Shown here: one piece after another, positions 57,255-64,000 of the stretch
How positions within the stretch are numbered: position 1 is the stretch's first letter
Layout of the letters: each line of letters starts with the position of its first letter
NCBI RefSeq assembly: GCF_009914755.1
Contig: NC_060941.1
Source: the human T2T-CHM13v2.0 reference genome, Homo sapiens
Strand: one strand, 5' to 3'
Length of the DNA stretch: 64,000 nucleotides
Position numbers and translations under genes: made by a program
Notes under the pieces: model-generated
Seen by the model: the letters and a program-made list of their open reading frames with translations, nothing else
The model's database searches: none
What the model was told of the DNA's origin: nothing

Positions 57255-58660
57255 AGGCTTTATTTTAAAAAATTAGATTTACAGATAAAATTGTGCAAAT
57301 TGTGCAGAAAGTAGAGAATTCCCATACATTCCTTTTTCACCCCCACAGTTTCTACTATTATTAACATTTTGCATTAATATGGTTCACTTGTCCATAGTTG
57401 ATATTAGGGTTCCCTCTTCATGCTGTACAGTTGAGTTTCAACACATGTATAATGCCATGTATTGGACCATTACAGTATCATTAGGAGTTTTACTTCCCTA
57501 AGCTTATCCTGGGATCTATCTATTCATCCAGCCCTTTCTCCCCCCGAACTCTGGTGACCATTGATCTTTTTACTGTCTCTATAGTTTTGCCTTTTGCAGA
57601 ATGTCGTATAGTTGGAATCAGTATGTGGCTCTTTCAGACTGGCTTCTTTCATATGGTAATGGATGTTTAAGTTTCTTTCATGTCTTCCCATGGCTTGATA
57701 GCTCATTTATTTTTGTTGCTGAATAATATTCCCTTGCCTGGGTGTACCAAAGTTCATTCCTTTACCTACTATAGAATATTTTGGTTGCTTCTAAGTTTTG
57801 GGAATTATAAATAAACCTTTTATAAACATCTGTATGAATGTAAGTTTTTTTGTGTGTGCACATAAGTATTCAACTCACTGGGGTAAATACCTAGGAGCAT
57901 GATTGCTAGACTATATGATAGGACTATGTTTACTTTTGCAGAGACTGTGTTTTCTAACACGGCATACCATTATTCGTTATTCATTCTCATCAGCAATAAA
58001 TGAGAGTTTCTGTTGCTACACATCCTCTTCAGTACTTGGTGTTATTGTATTCTGGGTTTTGGCCATTCGATTAGGTGTGTAATGCTGGCTCATTTTTGTT
58101 TTAATTTGCAATTCCTTAATGAAATATCATGCTGAGCATCTTTTTATGTGTTATTTGTTGGGTTTACCTTGTTTGTTGATCTTTGGCCCAGTTTTCTGTT
58201 TTCTTTTTTTTTTTTTTTTTTTTTTTTTAGAAAGACTCTGGCTCTGTCACCCAGGCTCTAGTGCAGTGGTGGCATATCTCAGGGCTCACTGCAATGTCCA
58301 CCTCTTGGGTTCGAGCGACTTTCCTGCCTCAGCTTCCCAAGTAGCTGGGATTACAGGCATGTACTACCATGTCCTGCTAATTTTTGTATTTTTAGTAAAC
58401 ACGGGGTTTCACCATGTTGGCCATGGTTGGTCAGACTGGTCTCGAACTTCTGACCTCAGGTGCTTCACCCACCTTGGTCTCCCAAAGTGCTGGGATTACA
58501 GGCGTGAGCCACCAAGCCTGGCCCCATTTTTTGATTAGGTGGTTTGTTTTGTTTTCTTGTTGTTGAGTTTTAAGTTTCTTTGTATATTTTAGATACACAT
58601 TCTTTACTGGATATGTGTTTTACAAATATGTTTCCCTAGTCTGTGGCTCTCCTTTTTATT
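57255..58660 (-). mobile_element. L1MC/MD 3' portion with a nested Alu
   Basis: AGATTTACAGATAAAATTG...TTTTGCCTTTTGCAGAATGTCGTATAGTTGGAATCA...GGGTAAATACCTAGGAG. Confidence 0.8.
58204..58523 (-). mobile_element. AluSx-like
   Basis: Full dimer, CTGACCTCAGGTG, long T tract. Confidence 0.92.
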
Positions 58661-58916
58661 AACTGTGTAACCTAGGCCAAAACTCTGAATCTTTTTCAGC
58701 CTCAGTCTTCTCCTCTCAAAAATGAGAAAAATGATATCTCTTTAATAACATATTCACTTGTGGGGTTAAGAGATAGATGTGTGAGTTATGTGAAAGATTC
58801 TAGTATACTGCCTGGCTCAGTCAAAGTTAGCCTTTTGGCTTTGCCTCTTTTTCTTTCATTTCTGCAAACATATGTCCATTTAATACTTATCGTGTTTTGC
58901 ATGTGGTTCTTTTCAC

Positions 58917-59070
58917 CAGTGTTTTTCACACTTTAATGAGCACATGAAAATAACTTGTTAAATTGCAAACTCTGATTTAGTAAGTCTGGAGTGGAACCTG
59001 AGATTCTGCATTTCTAACAAACTCCCAAATTAGTTAGTGCTTCTGATTCACAGAGCACATACTGAATAGC
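58917..59070. mobile_element. MER5A
   Basis: CAGTGTTTTTCACACTT...GATTCTGCATTTCTAACAAACTCCCA...CATACTGAATAGCA. Confidence 0.8.
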
Positions 59071-60098
59071 AGAATAAATTCCTAAGCAGCAAAGCATTCA
59101 AGAAATGGTGTGGCTGCTTCTAACAACCTATGCGCAGAATTAGACCCAGAAACCTTGGGGGAAAGAATGGTTTAGGGGGCCAGGTCCAGGACCCTACTTT
59201 CCTGGGCACCCTCAGGACACTGTTCCCTGCATCCTGGCTGCTCTGGCTCCAGCCTTGGCTCAAAGCAGACAAGGTACAGCTCAGGCCACAGCCTTGCGGG
59301 GGCAGAAGCCATAAGCGTTGGTAACTTCCATGTGTTAAGTCGGCAGATACTCAGAATGCAAACATGAAGGAGGCTTGGCGGCTTCTACCTAAATTTCAGA
59401 GGATGTATGGAAAACCCTGGGTGCCCAGGCAGAAGCCTGCCACAGGGACAGAGCCCCCACGGAGATACTCTACTAGGGCAGTGCTGACAAGAAATGTGGG
59501 GCTGGAGCCCCCACACAGAGTCTCCACCAGGACACTGCCTCATGGAGCTCTGGGAAGGAGCAACAGCCCTCCAGACCCCAGAATGATAACTCCATCAGCA
59601 GCTTGCACCCTGAACCTGGAAAAACTGCAGGCACTGAAAACTGCAAACAGTGAGAGCAGCTGTGTAAGCTGTACCCAGGGAAGCCATAGGGGAGGAGCTG
59701 TCCAAGGCTTTGGGAGCCTACCCTTAGCATCAGCATGAGACATGGAGTCACACAAGATTATGTTTAAGCATTAAGATTTAATGACTTCCTCGCTGGATTT
59801 CAGACTTGCATGGTGCCTGTAGCCCATTTTTGGCCAATTTTCCCTTTTGGAATAGTAATGTTTACCCAATATATGTGTAACCATTGTATCTTGGGTGCAA
59901 ATAACATGTATTTGATTTCACGGGCTCATAGGTGGAAAGAACTCATCTGCAGATGAGTCTTTGCACTTGGGACTTAGGGCTTTTGATTGAGTTGATGCTG
60001 GAATGAATTAAGACTTTGGAGAACTATTGAGTAGGGATGATTGTATTTTGCAATATGAGAAGGACATGCGATTTGGGAGTGGGGGGCCAGGGGTGGAA
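59069..60098 (+). mobile_element. MaLR (MST) internal sequence, 5'-truncated
   Basis: CTAAGCAGCAAAGCATTCAAG, CCTAAATTTCAGAGGATGTATGGAAA and GGAGCCCCCACACAGAGTC; G-rich polypurine tract immediately before the LTR. Confidence 0.9.
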
Positions 60099-60484
60099 TG
60101 ATATAGTTTGGATGTTTGTCCCCTGAAAATCTCATGTTGAAATGTGATTCCCAGTGTTGGAAGTGGGGCCTGGTGGGAGGTGATTGGAACATGAGGGTGG
60201 ATCCCTCATTAATGGGTTAGCACCATTCCATCGGTGATGAGTGAGTTCTCGCTCTGAGTTCGTGTGACATCTGGTTCTTTAAAAGACCATGGCATCTTCC
60301 TCCCCCTTGCTCCCACTTCACTTTCTGCTGTGATTATAAGCTTCTTGAGGCCTTCACCAGAAGCTGAGGAGATGTTGGTACCATACTTGTACAGCCTGCA
60401 GCACTGGGAGCCAATTAAACCTCTTTTCTTTATAAATTACCAGTCTCAGATATTCCTTTATGGTAATGCAAGAACGGCCTAAAA
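60099..60484 (+). mobile_element. MSTB-type 3' LTR
   Basis: TGATATAGTTTGGATGTTTGTCCCC...CCAATTAAACCTCTTTTCTTTATAAATTACC...GCAAGAACGGCCTAA. Confidence 0.88.
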
Positions 60485-62414
60485 GAGTTGACAGTCATCA
60501 GTTTTCCATACATAGAACACAATAGGAAGAATATAACAGAAAATACCATAGAGAGCTAAGTATTATTGAGGTCAAGGTAAAGGAATTTAAAGTTTACTGT
60601 ATCACACTGAAGGAGGGCTAAGAACCTTGCTTTTTCACACACATACTGTGAGTTTCTTTAATACACATGATGAGTAAATTAATATTTGCTTATTTCAATT
60701 ATTTGTGGGAAAAAGATGAATAAAATAGTCTGAATAATCCCCAATGATGAAGCAGAGACACAGGCTGGACTTTGAGGACTGGATAGGATGATAGTTGACA
60801 GAAAACGGGGAGGAGGTGGGAATGACCCTTGAGCTTTAAACAGAAGGTGTACAGTGAAGGGAGTGTCTAGTGAGGAGCTAAAGGAGAATGTCTGGGCCAG
60901 GTATGAGAGGAAACTGGGAGCCAGTGAAGCACTTTATTTGTGTGTTTAGAATTAGAAGACAAAAGCAGAAACACACTGTGGGTTAGAAAGAGTAGAACCA
61001 TAGAAGGAACTTAGATTGGAAGACTAGTTAACTTTCTTCTCTGTTGTAGTAATCAAGGAATGCATTGACAAGAGCTTGTGCTAAGTTAATAGTAGAAAGA
61101 TGAAGAGAAAAGGAGGGATTCATTGCAAAGGATAATTCAATGGCCTAAGCTCTCCCGCTGTGCATACCGTGGAGTTCCTCCGTTAAGTAAAGGAAGGGGA
61201 CCCTTATGACTCCCTGCCTGCATTGTCAGATGTCATGTGATGATGGTCATGACTCCTATCCCTAGGATAGAACAAATGCGTCAGTGATGGAGGACCCTGA
61301 GAAAATAAAGTAGGAGAAGGGAGGGATAGGGTATGAGTGCAAAACTAAATTTGTCTGCCTCTTTATCTCTATGGAATTCTTTCAAACCTTTCCTCCCTTG
61401 CTTCTCATACCACCAAATAAAGACGCCCATCTAAACCTGCAACTTCACATCAACTTTTACCATTTTCAAGAGCTTCCAAGCCAGGAATGTTAGAGCTGGA
61501 AGGAACATGATAAAAAGAAGGAAAGTGAAAGTGAACAGTTTACACAGCCAGCAGCACAGTAACCGGCAAGGGGCAAACAAACCCATAGATGCTTCCTGAA
61601 TGAAACAAATGAGATACAGGGAAAAGATTAAAACCAAGAACCTCTGACTTCCAGACCACTTGACTCTGCTGCCTGACCCTCTTCTTAAATCCATGCTGCC
61701 TGAGTAAACGTCCAGGCTCCACATATTTAGACCACATCGGGAAACTAGACTTCATACTGAGACTTACGGTGAGCACTGCCTTTTAGTTAAGGGGAGGGGA
61801 TAGGAGAAAAGTATCTGGAGAAGCCATAAAATTAGATTCATTAAGTTATCAGAGCCCTAAAAAGAAATCTGGCCCCACTGGTGATACACTGAAAAAAAAA
61901 TAATTGGTTGGGCTGGCCATAGGGGCCTAAAGGTTCACAGAGAGGAATCAGTGCTAAAGGTAGTAAGAAAAACAGCTCAAGGAAACCCTCTAAGCTAGCA
62001 GTACTTTCTTTCCTACAACTTCATTTTAGCTTGGCTTTGTTTTTTATATTGTTTGGGGGCTATTTTATTAAGCCCATGGATCCCTCAGACAGGTATACAG
62101 CAATAGGGTGAAATAAAAGAGAAGAAATATTTGCTACAGAATGGAGCGAGTAAAGAAAAAGATTATCTTTTGTGGGGAGGCTCTGAAATCCTTGGGTCTC
62201 TAGATCAATGCCTTCTCCTCAATTTTCCTTTCAGTTCCCACATATATGGATTGTGGGCAATCAGAAGCTCAAAGTGGAAGCTCTGAAGATGGGATCCTTT
62301 CTGGTGTGTTGAAAAATCCCTGGGCTTGTGGGTCAGCAGGATGGGTGTGGTGTCTCTCAGCTATGGGAATGTAAGATTTACATTTTGGGGCCATGGAATT
62401 AAACAGATGAGGGT

Positions 62415-62630
62415 GGACTCTTAGCTCTGTGACTTGGTCAAGTTCTTAACCTCCTAATTCAGTTTTCATTTCTAAAATGAAGATAATAATCATATCTACT
62501 TCATTCACTGTTTTTAAGGATTAAATGGGATAATTTAAGTAAAGTGCTGAGCACTCGGCCCAGTCCACAGGAAGCACATAGTAAATAATGCAGATGATCA
62601 TTATTAATAGAAATTATTATTATTATTACT
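62415..62630 (+). mobile_element. MIR
   Basis: CTGTGACTTGGTCAAGTT...CAGTTTTCATTTCTAAAATGAAGATAATAAT...AAAGTGCTGAGCAC. Confidence 0.8.
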
Positions 62631-64000
62631 AGGGAGCTTCCTGTAGTGCCCACTGGGAAACAACATGGTTGTGTGGCTACAGCCTGGGCAGCAGAAGTAG
62701 GTGACAAAGGAGAATAAACCAACAGCTTGGCCTCCGGAGCTTTGGGTTTCTGTCTTTGCCCTAATAGTTTCCAGTTTAACTCAGAAAAATCTCCAAACCT
62801 CTCTAGATTTTGGTTTGTGTCAGAAGTGTTAAAAAAGTATAATAAAAGCCCCAGGGAGATGATGGACCAGAGAGAAAACTTTATACACTGAACTGTTACG
62901 TTATACATGTGAACTATTTTTTGTTATTTGTAACAAATCTGGACAGCCCCTTCCTTTGTACCTCCAGCTCCTGCCTTTTTAATCTCTGATGCCAATCTCT
63001 GAACACTGCTAGGGCAAGCCCAAAGGGGAAAGTTGACTATAACTTGGTGATCTATGCTATGGTGATCTGCGTGGAGACTTTTTGTCAAGTTTATTGTCAC
63101 ATCACACTTTCCCCAGAGCAGCTGTGGGTCACTCCCCTTCCTAACACCCCTACCCTTTTAAATCCTTCTACCTGCAGCATCTGAATGGCATGAAAACATG
63201 GCCTCACTGCCTATGAAACAGACTCGTGTCACATGGGAGGGGTCTCAGTCAATCAGAAAACGAGGGTCAAGGGAAGTTCTGCTGCAACTGCAGAGGTGTG
63301 GCCTCAGTTCTCTTTGGCCGGTTTCTGCAATCTCCTCAAAAAGACAGAAATATGTCTGAGTCCCGCGAAGGAGAATAAAAACAAAGAGATCCTTTTAGCC
63401 TGGAGGAAGAACCAAGCTTGCAAATAGAGAGTCTTGTGCTCAGGCAACATTCTGCCAGCCAAGTTGTAGCTATCTACAGAGATCCTCAGAGGCAGGTCTG
63501 CATGGAATTTACCTGTCGTTGAGCCTGCATCTGGGAGCTTGGAGTGACTATGAAGCACAGAGATGGCTCTTTAAACAAGTATTCCTGCAGCTTGGCATCC
63601 AAAATAATGGTGCCCTTTAAAACAGATGCTACTGGAGGCTATTTCCTTGCAAATGCACTTACTGTATTAATTCCCACTAGGCAAAATATTGGGAATTTTT
63701 CTCTTCACATGGTTTCAGAGGCAGTTACAAATTACAAATAAAAAAGGCATCTAACATTTGGTTGCCAAATTATATTGCCCAACTTTATCAATGATGTAAG
63801 TTATTTTTTCATGAAAACAATAATAATAGAATTTGTTAAGTATGTTAAGTCCCTGAGCTCTGCATTTTTCAACGACATTCAAGGTGGGAACAGTCATCCT
63901 GGGGATAATCCCTACATTTTAGTTGTCACTCCAGTGAGCTTCTCAGTGTAAATTCACACTCAGAATTGTTTAATTCCAAAGTCAATACAATTTCCATTAT

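Noticed and set aside
59130-59755. 124-aa ORF and neighbouring ORFs
   Set aside because: Fragments of the MaLR internal region
63560-63790. NFI-like half sites and the small palindrome ATTTGG-TTG-CCAAAT
   Set aside because: Spacing does not fit TTGGC-N5-GCCAA, and the motifs are too short to exceed chance

Overview
This is 64 kb of AT-rich, CpG-depleted primate genomic DNA. AluY and an L1PA2/3-type element point to a hominoid, most likely human. I cannot identify the locus, and I find no supportable host protein-coding gene, structural RNA gene or CRISPR array. The long ORFs in the track are LINE-1 ORF1/ORF2 remnants, Alu/MaLR read-throughs or low-complexity artefacts. Well over half of the window is transposon-derived. 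This includes a twin-primed (5'-inverted) L1PA at 4.3-6.4 kb, an end-to-end old L1MA at 11.7-19.1 kb with three nested younger inserts, a near-full-length L1PA5-7 at 23.0-28.6 kb, nine full Alus plus a half Alu, several solo LTRs (MLT2, MLT1, THE1B, MER39-like, LTR16A, MSTA, MER61, LTR1/27/28-like), an MST internal segment with its LTR, and hAT/mariner fossils (MER5, MER20, MER94, MADE1), MIR and L2. The most noteworthy observations are (i) a duplicated L1 3' junction that may be a second mini-L1 with an 80-bp target duplication, (ii) a perfect 21-bp-stem hairpin at 42806-42860, (iii) a 47-bp insertion inside the L1MA that appears templated from its own 5' region, (iv) a candidate minus-strand 104-bp intron near 40.2 kb, and (v) several repeat-free, CpG-retaining, motif-dense blocks that may be enhancers. 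I do not see convincing evidence of a new biological system. Subfamily names come from my recall of consensus sequences, not from a database search.
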